Shown in pieces: positions 11,531-24,400 of a stretch of DNA of 64,000 bases. Position numbers and translations under genes: made by a program. The notes beneath the pieces are model-generated. The model was given only the letters and a program-made list of their open reading frames with translations, was not told where the DNA came from and made no database searches. This stretch comes from Camelus dromedarius (Eukaryota). Numbering within the stretch: the first letter of the stretch is position 1; each line of letters opens with the position of its first letter. The stretch lies in assembly GCF_036321535.1 (NCBI RefSeq), contig NC_087437.1, positions 23,872,001 through 23,936,000 of the forward strand, in the 5' to 3' direction.

Positions 11531-14233
11531 CTAAAAACATAAAAGAGGGAATCATTATGAGTAATTGTTAAAAGAATAAGGAATCTATCTTAAGATACTA
11601 CAATATCTAATTATACCATTTTTAGATGATACTTCAACACAGGAGAAAGAAAAGGAAAGGTTTTTAGAGATGATCTAAACAGAGAAAGAAAGGCAAAGGT
11701 AGTGGAGGAGAGTGTATTAAGGGACTGAGAAATTAAGAGAATCCATGTGAGGCATGGACAAGAAGACAACTCATATATTCCTAATTGCATAGGCCCATGT
11801 CAGAAAGGGAGACTCTGCTGTGAGGGCTGGTGCGAAGCTGCAGAGGGCCGGAGCTGTGCTAAGTGTTTGCAGAACATGTCTCCTTGTTCGTGTGTTCAAG
11901 TGTGGAGGAGAATACAGGATGATTGCTCTGTTTATGCTCCTTATAAGATTATATTGAATAAATTGGCTTGAGATTTTGTTTAATAAACCATAGCCATGGC
12001 TTATCATTCTGCACTGTGTGAGAAAGGTATGACAGGGCTTACCCTCAGTGCACACGTGTGAAAAGGGAGGGAATGGAATGGAAGGTGAGATAGAACATCA
12101 CCCTGGGCCCAGGGCACCCTTGTTGAGCTCAGCAGTGGTTGTTCAGAAGTGGGAGGTGGGTACTAGACAAGGCAGAAAGGTGCTTGGCAACCAAGGCTGC
12201 AGCTCATAGGATGTCTAGACTACTGGCATCCTAAGGGAACCCTGTACCTTAGAGGGGGCTGATCTCTTCATGGAGGAAACAGCCATGCTAAATGCTGACA
12301 CTCATGTGGTATCTCACCAAAGGGCTTCCCATATTGAACTGTACTTTGGAAATCTCTCCTTGCTTAGAGCCAGGAAGGAGCAAGTAATGGTCTCACTTGT
12401 CCACAGCCCTCATTAACATGGGTCATAGGATGTCAGGAGCCACCAAATAATGAGCAATTAATAGAAACATAGGAGACAAAAACCACTCTCTAATATTGGT
12501 GTGGATGGACTGTTAGTCAGATGGAGATGTTCTTCACAAATTTTATCACCATGACCTCCCTTAAGTGTCTCTGCTCTGATTCAGAGAGGTCCTCACTCTG
12601 CTTCTAAAGGAACCTCCCTTTACCTTAATGTCCACCAGTCAAATATTTCATGAGAGAAAAATTAAACTGATTCATGACATGGGATCTATTACCTAAGAGT
12701 TTCATTAAGTAGCTTAATCTCAAAATTCTTTTCCTTATCTGCAAAATGAAATCAGCAGGCTTACACAATATAAGTTTCCTTCTGGTTATTTAAAAATGAA
12801 AACAAATAAAACAAAAGAATTCTATAGCTATGTCTTTATTGTCTATTAAGGTTTGAATTGGAAAATGTATAATTGCCTGCCATAGTCTCAGATGCTAAAA
12901 ATAAATCAAGTAATCTTCAATTTCTTTATACTACTCATAATGTTAAAATATAAAGTTTGAATTTGAGACAAAAAGAAAATAAGAAAATGAAAGACATCCC
13001 TTTTAAAAAACTGAATAATTCTAAACTACTAAATTTGAAGTTTACATTTCATGATTAATACATTTACATTTCCATATATATAAAACTTACAATCTAAAAG
13101 CTGTAAATGGAGTGCTATATAATGTATGGTGTCTGTTTTTTTGGGGGGGTTATAATCTCAAAAGTAAATTCTCTAAATAAATCATTAAAAAATTGAGGCT
13201 ACAAATTATCGTACAACAAAGAGCTTTTCCAATGAAAACACAGTATAAACAAACAAATAAAAATATATAAATATATATTATAAATATTTAACAATGTACA
13301 TTACAAGTGATTTTAATGTAATAAACAACAATTGTGTGGTCTCACCAAATCTTTTACTATACTAGTACAATTCACATAATTTCTATCGGTGGAAAAGACC
13401 TTTGTAGAGATGTGAAGAAAGATTTCACAGATACATTCTAAAAATCCAGCAGTTTTCACTGAACTCTTTATAGCTATAAGGAAGACACTATAGTTAATGA
13501 ATCCACCCAGGTTCTCTTTCCCCTGGCAGTAGCCCTGAAACATTCAGTGGCTTCTTAAGTTTATTGTGCCCTGAGGAGCGCTGGACCTAAGGAAACATGT
13601 GTAGGAGTCAGGCCCCATTCACAGGAACAGGAGTGGTGTTCTAGGAGTTCCAGCCTATTTGCCTGCCAGACAGCACCCTCCCGTGCAGTGTCCCTGCACC
13701 CAAGGTGATCATCCACAGCCCATGGAACAAAGGTTTTACAGGGTTTATCTGAGCTCCCAAGAGAAACTGTGGGCCATAAGGCAATTTTCCAATGCATCCA
13801 AATTGAACAAGTTCACTTGTTTTGGAAGTGTACTAAGGTAACTGAACTATTGCAGGCGGCTCTATGACAAATCTCACGGTCATCACAAACTGGGGAAAAA
13901 AGAGTTGAAGCAATAGAGGTCAGGCAAAGTGACAGAATCAGATTTCTAGAGAAAAGGGGCAACACAAGTAGATTTTGATTGGTCTCCTCTGAGTTAGGGT
14001 CTGTATTATGAGGACAGATGTCTGGCATAATATTATTTTACCACTTGATTCCCAATTTCACGAAATGAACTGCGGATAATCATCATCATTTCATTATCAT
14101 GAAGAAAGACATTTGTGATAACCAGGTTTACCCATCTACATCACCAAGTGTCATATTTGTGGTTTGTGATATGCCTCTATCTGCATAAATGTCCTCTCTT
14201 CCTAGAAATATGATAAATATAATGAATACATAC

Positions 14234-14276
14234 CTTCTAGAAGTTCGATTTGTTGATGAATCAACAGTTGATCTAT
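14234..14276 (-). CDS. PLSCR1: PLSCR1 exon 5 (43 nt): IDQLLIHQQIELLE
   Basis: ataatag|ATA acceptor, AAG|gtatgt donor; phases fit neighbouring exons. Confidence 0.93.
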
Positions 14277-15139
14277 CTATTATAGTAAAAAAAAATTAAG
14301 CTGTAAGCATATATCATATTATTAAACCATCCAATTTAACATTAGTGTTTTTATATTTTAAAATAATGCATATAATCAATTATCAATATTATCAATGTTT
14401 AACAGCTATTTATCCTACTTCTAGGTGTAAAATTAAAGTTAATGCATTTTTAACTGAAGAAACATCTATTGAATATTTCACTATTAATGTGGACAAATTC
14501 AGGTCAAACAAAATTGACTTACATTGGAATCCCTATAAAAATTAGAAAAACATGTTCCTTCCAGAAAGGGCTTAGGAAATATTAAGACCTTTTTATCCCC
14601 TTAAAGAGCTTTTTTCTACAAATCTAAACATCTTTCTTCTTAAGAAGTGTATTTGATACCATCATTTGTAGTAGGTGATAACTTCCCCTACATATATTGT
14701 AATTTTAAAAAATCTACATAAGGTATTTCTTAGAGAATTTAGGAACTAACAAAATTCTTATATTATATGCTGCCCAAGTGCATTGTGGGAAATTAAATTA
14801 GTCCAGAGAGTGCAAGAGAGACAACTCATTTACTGAAAACTAACTTACCGGATTTCTAATGGCAAACAAACACTAAAATCTCACATTGCTGAGATACGCT
14901 ATCATGGAGTATGTTAAAATCCAGGAATATTTTTTTCTTTTTGGTAGCATTAATAAAACTGTGTCTTCCAAGAACAAAAGCAACATAAAAGTGTAAATTT
15001 ATTAATTATAATAAAAGGTGGGCCAAATTATACATAAATTATTAACTCCTTTTTTAGTACCACTTTTGAAAAATCAACACTAAACTGAGTTTGAGTTTCT
15101 TTCCAACTCCTAGGAAATTATTCAGTGTTGGGATTAAAA

Positions 15140-15370
15140 GGCACAGGATCTAGAACCAAGGTTCCAGAAGTAAATAGCCATTCCCACTTCCTCTGCATTT
15201 TGATGCTGAGCAAATTATGTAACTTCACTAGGCCTCAGTTTCTCTTCTGTAAAATGATAATTATAGCAACTACACATCATAGAGTTTCTAAAGGATTAAC
15301 TGAGTTAACACATGTATTATACTTAGGAACAAAGCCTAGAAAATAGTGCTTAATAAAGGCTTGTTATTGT
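15140..15370 (+). mobile_element. MIR SINE
   Basis: gagcaaattatgtaacttcactaggcctcagtttctcttctgtaaaatga core. Confidence 0.7.
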
Positions 15371-15589
15371 CTATTATTGCAAATTATACTCAAGATCATA
15401 GAAAATACAATTTCCTAAGACATTTGCATTTTGCTTTAAAAGTAAATCTGACCTAGAAGAATTAATTTGTTAGTAACAACAAAAGAATAGTTTCACCATT
15501 TCAGACTTAAGTGAATTAGTCAATTGTTAATCTCATTAAGTAAACTGGAAGCACAGGTTTGTTTTTAGACTCTTATGTATTTGAAATAC

Positions 15590-15855
15590 CTGACTTAAAT
15601 ATTCCAATCCAGGTGGACAGTTTGATGGAGGTGGTGGTGCTGGCATCCACGGTACCCCTGCAGGCCCACCTGACTGATAAGACATTGGCTGGTGTTGGAC
15701 AGGAAAGCCGACTGGGCCACCACCTGAATAGCCAGCTGGTGGGACGGAATAGCCAGGCTGTGGAGCAGGGTAGTCAGCCTGGGGAGCAGGGTAGTCAGGC
15801 TGGGGAGCAGGGTAGCCAAGCTGGGGAGCAGGGTACCCAGTAGATCCTGGAGGTC
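15590..15855 (-). CDS. PLSCR1: PLSCR1 exon 4 (266 nt): proline-rich N-terminal domain ...GPPGSTGYPAPQLGYPAPQPDYPAPQADYPAPQPGYSVPPAGYSGGGPVGFPVQHQPMSYQSGGPAGVPWMPAPPPPSNCPPGLEYLSQ
   Basis: tttcag|GA acceptor, CAG|gtattt donor; open frame ends in conserved CPPGLEYLSQ. Confidence 0.93.
15750..15833. repeat. Coding tandem repeat, 4 x 21 bp (+ strand tagYcaRNctgKggagcaggg), encoding YPAPQx(G/D)
   Basis: Units at 15750-15770, 15771-15791, 15792-15812 and 15813-15833 read directly. Confidence 0.92.
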
Positions 15856-16379
15856 CTGAAATATGAATATGTGAAATATTGTAACTGCAGAGAAAAATGC
15901 AAACTTAAACTTAGGATTATCCTAGTTATCTGCGAACTACAATTTACACTCAGAAATTCTGTTTCTGAGAAGCTTAAGGTTTGTATTTTTATCTTTCAGT
16001 GATTTTTCAATGAAATACCTGTGGCTTCACATCCACTTCTATTTGGAGTGTTTTAGACTATGAATAGAGTTGGCCCACAATCTTAAACGTTTCACTCAAA
16101 ACTCAGATGCAAATATGCTTGAAATCTAAGAAAGTGAAAGAAAATCAAGAGTGACCTTGAGTCATGTACATAAAAACTTTGGAACGCCTTCCTGGAAAAG
16201 AGAGATGCCACTGAGTAGAAAGCCCAAAATAAAGGCTGTAAGCCAGCATTTCTAGGACCAAACCACTCTGTAAAAAATTATAATTCTAGAATTCTAACAA
16301 ATGACATTTCCTATATAAATAGAATTGACAGTAGTTTTTTCCCCTCAAGGCATATTTGGCAAGGCCTGGCGACACCAAT

Positions 16380-16840
16380 GGGATTACATGATTAACTAGA
16401 ATCAGAGACAAGTGCTTTGAAGGGAGGGACCGGGGCTTTATGACTATGTTTGGATGGGGAGAGAGAAAGGGAGGGAGTTGGGACAGCCTCCCTGAGGACC
16501 ACGTTCAGCTGAGATCTAATGGACACAAAGGAGCTGAGCAGACCAGTGCCAGAGAAGGAACATTTCAGAAAGAAGTCCTGGGATAGTAACAAACAAAAGA
16601 CCTTTAAAAAAAATCTGAAAAAAGGCCAGTTTCCCTGAACAGAAGAGAGACAGACTTAAGAAACAGTTAAGGAGAAGGCAGAGGAGCCCCTTGGGTATGG
16701 TGGACCAAACTAAGCATTTTGATCTTTATCCTGAAAGCAAGAGGAAGCCAATGACATATCCACTGAGTACTATCTGTGATATATGTTATTATACAGGTAT
16801 GTACTTTTAAACATCATTCGCTACAGTGCAAAGATCAAAC
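16380..16840 (-). mobile_element. L2 fragment
   Basis: agcctccctgaggaccacgttcagctgagatctaatgga...gatctttatcctgaaagcaagaggaagcca. Confidence 0.55.
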
Positions 16841-17019
16841 CACAAGCAAACCTGTGAGAGTGAGGAGATGTGAATTAATTTGTTATACTATTAGCATTAT
16901 TAAATCCTCACAAAATTCTTTGAGTGGATAATTGATTATTTTCCAAATCAATGGATTAAACATATGGAATTACCTGAATTTGGGTAATATTTCGATTTAC
17001 CAATTGATTTAACACATTA

Positions 17020-17370
17020 TTAATGTATTAGTCAGCAAGTATGTCATTTATTAATTATAAAGCATTGTGCTAGGTGTTTTACACATACTCTTATTTAATC
17101 TCCAAACCACCTGAATTAGGAAATATTATGCCCATTTTGTAGATAAGAACCGAGGCTTGGAGGTACAGCAACTTGCTTAAAACCACCACACAACTATTAA
17201 ATGCAGAAGCGAGAACTGGAAGCCTGATCCAGCCTCTCTCTGCCTGTTTTCTCACTTGCATAATGAGGATTAATTAATAGCATTTACCCCAGAAGACTGA
17301 GAATTAAATGAGTTAATCCACATTAGGCACCTAAATTCTCAATTTTAATCCATCACTATTGTTAGCATTA
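17020..17370. mobile_element. Two MIR fragments in opposite orientation
   Basis: cccattttgtagataagaaccgaggcttggagg (minus); ctgttttctcacttgcataatgaggattaa (plus). Confidence 0.6.
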
Positions 17371-17552
17371 TTGTCATAAAAGACCTCTGCTATATTGGCC
17401 TTGGACTTGAGAAATGAAACTGAGCTATTTCCTCTTATATATCACCTGCTATTATTTAGCTATGGGTGGATTAAAACATACTCCAAGTGCCTTGGACGCA
17501 CAGTATAGACTTGCTAACAATTCTCCAGACACCAACCATATAAAAATTTAGA

Positions 17553-17700
17553 GCAGTAGTTCTCAGCCCTGGCTACACATTAGGATCGCCTGGGACATTA
17601 ACAAATTACCAATACCGGAGTCCCAGAACCAGAGCTTCTGCTTCAGTTTTCCTGGATGGTGCCCTGGTACTAGTGTTTTCAACAGTTTACAAGTAAATAC
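17553..17700. mobile_element. MER5-type DNA transposon fragment
   Basis: cagtagttctcagccctggctacacattaggatcgcctggg. Confidence 0.6.
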
Positions 17701-18670
17701 TTAAGTATAGGCACCTTAGAGCCCTGGAATCTTTCTACTTCACATTCTTTTAAATGCAAACATCTGGATGAGATCCAGGCCCCACTGAGAGGTTTCTGGC
17801 TAGACAACTAAACAAGCCATTCAGCACCCAAGCACATTTGTTTGCTCTGAGTAGAATACAAAATGCATACAAACCAGATTCCTTTTGATCCTAAATCCCT
17901 AGGACAGTCCCTCAAGATGTGGGTAGCCTGCCTATTTGGAAATCTGGGTACACCATGAATTTTGCCATTTGGTAAAGTTATGGTAATGTTGATAACGGCA
18001 TTTGTCTAAATGAAAATCTCTGAAGTCTTCTCTGCAGTGGTTCAAAAGAAATGACGTATTCCCTGATATGTAGCAATATGACTCAGTTACTTTTCTTAGA
18101 AAGGCAAGGTGTGATTGAGCATGTATAGAAAAGCAAAGCTTTCACATTTTGTATGTTACAAAATAAAAATGAGAATGATCCCAGGTGGCTACGTTTATAC
18201 AGCTTCCAGCTTCCAGATTTAAGCAGTCATCTCTTTTGCATGACAATCACTGAATACAATTAACCCCAGATAATAAATGACTCAAAAACACCGGGAGATA
18301 AATCTCCTAAATGTGACTGCATGCCCATAATTTTCAAAACAAATGGAGAATCAATAAAATCTTTTATTAATATGTGTATTTTGGGATGTAATATATGTAC
18401 AACCTTATATTTTATTTCCTAAATGTCAACTCACTACTGTTTTTATTAACACTACATCTTTACTATCCTGTATAAATAAAAAATATGTTAATGATATGAT
18501 AATATATAGTCAAAGGAAAAAAATCAAGAACTAGGCTGCCAATTTCATTATCTCACTTCAGTAAAAGACACTACTAAAAGAAATACTGAGACAGACAGAC
18601 ACACACACCCTTTGGGGAATATCAGTAATTGATACATTTTGGTTTTTTACTTTTCAGGCCAATGTTTTAC

Positions 18671-18751
18671 CTGGATATGCTGCCGAAGGATATTCAGGGG
18701 GATACCCAGCTGGTAAATGTGTTCCTGGGTAAGGAGCATTCATTTGAGCAT
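18671..18751 (-). CDS. PLSCR1: PLSCR1 exon 3 (81 nt): (N)AQMNAPYPGTHLPAGYPPEYPSAAYP(G)
   Basis: tttgcag|AT acceptor, CAG|gtaaaa donor; resembles the PLSCR1 N-terminus (GYPPxYP). Confidence 0.9.
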
Positions 18752-21402
18752 CTGCAAATCAAGGAGAGGTAAACATTCATCTGCTTAAACAATACATACT
18801 AGAAAGAAAAATGCACTGTCCTTAAGTAGTTTTCATTTATACGCTATTGTGTGTATTGAAATAGATAAAGCGAATTCTTCCGCTGACAAAAGTTGTGCCT
18901 GTTATCAGTTTGTCTCAAACAAATTCCCTTTGGAGAAAATAGGCAGCTAAGTTACTGGGGCTGAATTTCTAGTTTTCAAATATGCCTGATGAACATATTC
19001 TTTTCCATACTTGGTTTTTGTTGGTATTAGAAAAAAGATTGTTTTAAAACTATATATAAGTTGTAAAGAAAGAGATGACTGAAACTAGCTGGATGTGGGG
19101 GTGGTAATGGACTATAGGTGATTTTAAAGATATCTATAATCACTGATGTAAGACCTATGTTTTAAATATTTAAAACAATACACATAATTCAATATTTAAA
19201 TATCCTTTTTATGCTGACTCTGGAACTAGCCCATTAAGTTTGGGAAATCCCAATATTTGACCGATTTTGACCAATAAAAATCCTAACTGACCTTATTACA
19301 GTAAAGAAGCATATTAAGTTTTGTTAGCTGCTAATCAATGTGGTTTGAATAATCTTAATATCTACACAAATGGTTCAATTTCCTAGTTTTCATATTTGTG
19401 TTTCTCCAGTCATTCCTTTAGCAACCACCCCAGCCAGAAAATATTTACTGAGCATCTCTGTCCCCGAGTGGGCTCTATGGCAATGCTGGCTCTGCCGTCG
19501 TGGAATCTGTGGTCAGGTGGACACAACACTTAACACCTTGTTCTCCTCTCATTCCCATGGCTTATTAACTGTAAATTCAGAATTGTTTCTTTTTGAATCA
19601 TGAGGACACGGCATCAGTACAGAACAAAATGTTGGTCAGACTTTCAATCTGACACATTTCTTGTGTTTTTCTCTACCCTGGGCCTTCAAAGGCCACTCAA
19701 CTCATGTGGGTTCAACAGGAAGGCTGAACTGTGCCCCAACCCCCTTTCTCCTCCAGTCTGTTGGCTTCATAACAACTTGAGCAGAATGGAGTCCAGGGAC
19801 ACTGTTCAAATGCAAGCAACAGAGAATCCTCCACTTCAGCCAGGGCTTTTCCTTGTACAGACACTGCAGCGTATTCCGAATTACCGCACGTCTCTGCAGT
19901 ATCACAAGTCTTCCATCCCAACCACCCCTTCTGATTCTTTGCTTCAGGTGAGTGGCCAAGCTCCTACTTCTCCAGCTCTCAAGGCTTTGCCCACAGCCCC
20001 CTACTCCCAACCTGAATTGGAAATAACAGGATCAGACTCAATAGTTCTCAGGGAAAAGCACTGCAAATCTGACTTAAAGACCCTTCCTTAAATGGCATGT
20101 CACATTTTGGGACTCTTAACTGGTATCTACTATTTGAACAATAGTAGATATCCACACATATGACAGATTCATGAAATTAGGAGCTCATAAGCTCTGGGAT
20201 TTGGTATCAGAGCAATGATCATGATTTCAGAAATTCCATGGTGACTTCATACAAAGAGAAAATAAGTGAATGGTCAAGGGGTCAAGTAGACCGAAGAGCA
20301 TATGAATTACAGATTGATTTCTGCATTTGTGAAATGCAACTTAAAATAATTTATGACTACAGGACTTTCATATTGCTGATAAGTTATTTTATTATTTCTC
20401 TATGCATATTTACATACATATATACATTGTTTCTATTTATGCACACAGATACATACAAACACATACATTTATATAGACAGGAAGCTGAAGAGTTAAAAGG
20501 TAATTGTATCCATGGCCCAGTGAATTTTTGTTAAGTGATCTGAAACATCCCAAAGCTTACAGCAAAGAAAATAGCTTAATACTATACAAATTTACATTTA
20601 AAAATCTTTGAGTTTTCTTAATAAAATTAAATTAATATAGCAAATATTAAGAGAAGATCATGACACTTCATGAAGGAAAGTTGAGTTTTCTGGTCCTAAA
20701 GAGTACCTAATATATATAACAAGGCTGCAGTTGTAGTAAAGATAAACATTTCTTTGGCTATTTAAACAGAGATAAGTGGAGAATAGAAATTCTTCAGAAA
20801 ACAGGATTTTGTTTTTCATATTTTCTCCGTGTGTATTTTTTTCTCTTCAGAGCCTTAGATTTTTTTAAAAGACAGAGTCTTTAATTATGTTTTGTCAATA
20901 CCCATCTTATTTAGAATAATCTTGAGAAAAAGAGCCAGAACATAAATATCTGTATTTATTTAAACCTATTCACATGTGTATGTTATAAAATATATATTGG
21001 GGATGTATGTGAGGATTTTATTACAAGGTACTGGCATATTAAATTCATTGTCTGTTAATTAATATGATTTGAATAGTCTTCATGTATGTAAGATACACAC
21101 TGAAAAAGGAAATGATCTGGATGAAATGGAATACAAATTATACAACATATTTCCCAATAAGCCTAAAATTCCTTAGGTTTATCTAAGACTTTTTTATATT
21201 TAAGTGAAAAATTAGTGGTAGTGAGTATTTGTGTACATCTTCTCTGCAGTCAAAACATTGGCCCAGAGTTAGGACTCTGGAGTATTAACATCACAAAGCA
21301 AATTATATTCTTTTGGAAACTGAATTTAAAGCATTATGACAAATAACACATTAACAAAGGATGTAACATTTTAGGAAGAAAGTAAACACTTAAATTACTT
21401 AC

Positions 21403-21415
21403 TTTGTTTGTTCAT
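21403..21415 (-). CDS. PLSCR1: PLSCR1 exon 2 coding part (ATG AAC AAA CAA A; MNKQ); full exon 21428-21403 (26 nt)
   Basis: ctttttcag|aactacttaaagcATG...A|gtaagt; matches the human MDKQN-type start and its phase-1 end joins exon 3 in frame. Confidence 0.88.
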
Positions 21416-24400
21416 GCTTTAAGTAGTTCTGAAAAAGAAGACGTGATGTTAATACATTGTCTATAAATATATAGGTCAAATATCACTGTTGAAACAAGAT
21501 ACTGTGAAGCAATCTAAGTGTGAAGCTACACATAAGATACCCCTCTACTCATCCAGTCTTCCAGAATCTGGTCATTTAAACTTCTTGGTCTTAACTCCAT
21601 TCCCCACTGATACGTTTCTGAGTAGGATCTTACAAGTTGTTGGTCAGTCTAGGATGGTAGACCATGTCTAAAAACCTTGGGAGGAGGGGGCTCAATGAGG
21701 CTGAAAGCCAGAAAGAAACACTGTGAGCCTGTCTCCCCTCCCACCAAGTTAAAAACTGGAGCCTTCCAACCTACACAACCTACAAGGAGCATGTGATCCA
21801 GCATGCAGCCTCAGTGCTGGGCTGCAGGCATGGTCCAGCATGAGAAGGAGAAAGATTAGGTATCAGGTCACACTACTGCAAATACCTCTGGAAATTCCAG
21901 ATCCCGAGGGCATGTTCTGCCCAGCTTGAAAAGCAAGTTTGAGAAGGCCTGACCCCCTGTTTTGTGTATCAGTACATGCTTTGAACCTAAAAACATACAC
22001 TCAGGGGTTGTAGTAGTTGTAACACCACGTAATCCAACTGAAACTTCGTGTTGCTTATTTCTACAGAAAAACAATAATAAAAAACACTGTACTCAGTAAT
22101 TCTGCCTTCCAGTGCCTTGATCCCATGTTAGTCTTTCCCACTACTATCCAGTCACTGCTTTTTTCCTATCTCTCCACTTTAAATCCCCACCCCTATAAGG
22201 CTGTTAATTACAGTTACTGCATGATGCAAAAACTTGCTACTTGATTGTTTTATCTTGGACCCACAGGTTGATATGAATAGGCACTGCACTTCCCAGCCCC
22301 TCTCCAGTCTCTGCTGTCCCAGTACTAACTCCTTCTACTGTGTTATTATAAATGGTTAAATAAAAAAGAAGTCAACTGAACCTTCCATATCTTTAACTAA
22401 AATCTGGTGTTCCCAAGAAGAAACCACATCCCACCTCTCCTTTTCTAAATTACTGATTTATCATTGCCTGTTACAAGCATAAAATTTAACAACATATTAA
22501 AACTCTCAAGAACATTCCAATTATAGTCACCTCTTAATTAAATAAACTCAAGGACTTCAATAATGGGTTTTCTTGGCCCTGATAAATTTAAAAATATGTT
22601 TTTTTGACTTCCCGGATTTTCTTAGAGCAATAATAATCCCTGTTAGCATTAACTGGTCAGAAGCTAACTGCTATGGACCTCCTCAGACCAAAGGTACAAA
22701 AAGATTAAATTTTATGTTTTTCTGCAGTTATTCAAGAAGGTGAACAATAAGCTAATAAACACATGTAACAAGAGTATACTAAAAGTTTTCAAAGTCCATA
22801 TTAGTGTTTTATGTTCAATTATATGAAGAACTACTAAAAAAGGAGACTAAATTCTTACATTATTAAAAAAGGAGATCAAATTCTTATATTACATGGCCTA
22901 TTGGGCCATGATTACTTTTGTCAACACACATTTCTATGATCAAAGATTATATATTAAAATCCATACCCATTACCTTCAAATATTCTAAGAGTATCTTAAA
23001 AGATATACAAAAACTTAAAAACTAATCACTGTTGGAGTAGAAATGGATAGTATCCCTTTATTAACACACTGAACTAAACAGCTCAAGTTTTTACTTAACC
23101 ACTGTTTCTCATAGGATTACTCTGTAATATGCTTTGTTTTTTTTAAAAAAGTTTTATGGCTTTTAACCAACTTGGAAATTTTAAGGGACTACTGTTTCAT
23201 TATTGCGTTGCCTACAACATCAGAAAGGCACTCACTTCAGGGAATAAACCTAAATAATACCTGGAGGTATTATTTTTAAATTAAACTTTTTTTTTTTTTG
23301 GTGAACAAATCATTGAATTGGAAAGAAAATTCCATAGTTTCTAGAGGGCACATCTGTATATCTAATATGGAAAAATTAGTTCTAATTTAAAATAAATTTC
23401 TTATTAGCATTTAGTTGTTTAAACATGGGAAATTCAAAAATAAAGAATGTGCTAGAAAGATAGGGAATTCATACACTAGTGCTTTGCATCGTATTATGAA
23501 CAGGTGGAGGCTCTTAAGCAGTGGAGTGTAAGTTCCTGAGTCCTTGCCAAATGAGTACCAACTACGAATATAAGAGTATTTACCTTTCATGAGGGCAGAG
23601 ATAATTACCTCCTTGCACAAAAATCCAAGGAAGAGAAACTAAACACTCTTAAACAAGCTTATTTGTTCATATTTACCCTTTTCCTTCCTACTTGGTCTCA
23701 TTATTTTGAGTCTTAAACTATAGATTTGTGGGCACAAGTATCTGGTGGCAAAACCACTGCAGAACAAAATCTGGGTGGTCCTCACTTTCCTGTAGGTTTT
23801 GAATTTTTCACAATTCATAATATCTCAGGCATGAAAGGTGGTGTCATATGCTCTGGTGCAAAATGTGAAGTGACAGTTGGACCTGTATGTGTGCCAGGTA
23901 GAATGAATAAAGCTCCTGTGGACAAAAGATACCCACCATGTGCATCCCTGTCCACTCTTCTTTACTGTCTTAAAGATCTTGTGGTTTTCTCAAACTTAAT
24001 GGGTCTATTATGAGACAAAATGCTACTCAGTTTTTTAAATGACTGCGCTGTGTCTTGGTTTAATTAATTAGTTAGTTAACACAGTAACTTTTAAATAGTA
24101 CCTTCTCCTACTCCTTTTAAGAAACAAATCCCAGAAAAACTTCCAAGAGATAGAAAATCATATTTACCCTATCCTAAAGGAAAAAAGTCTCTAAGAAAGT
24201 CATATATTGTACCACTGGAATCATAATTATGTCAGGACAAATATAGAACTTTCAAATTGCAATCTGATTATTACATACTTCTTCCTAATCTGTTAAATGA
24301 GAACTTCTGAGGAAATTAAGGCATCACATATTACACCCATTTATCTGTTAATTTTATTCTACCAGATACCATAAGATCCATTGTGTTCTGGGATATTTGA

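Noticed and set aside
14843..14851. Perfect minus-strand donor CCG|GTAAGT in PLSCR1 intron 4
   Set aside because: No convincing upstream acceptor; the CDS is complete without an extra exon
15559..15843. Plus-strand ORF with EQGSQAG repeats, and the alternative minus-strand frame
   Set aside because: Shadow frames of the exon-4 21-bp repeat
19600..20091. 163-aa plus-strand ORF in PLSCR1 intron 2
   Set aside because: Antisense intronic ORF with no recognisable homology or supporting gene structure; likely chance
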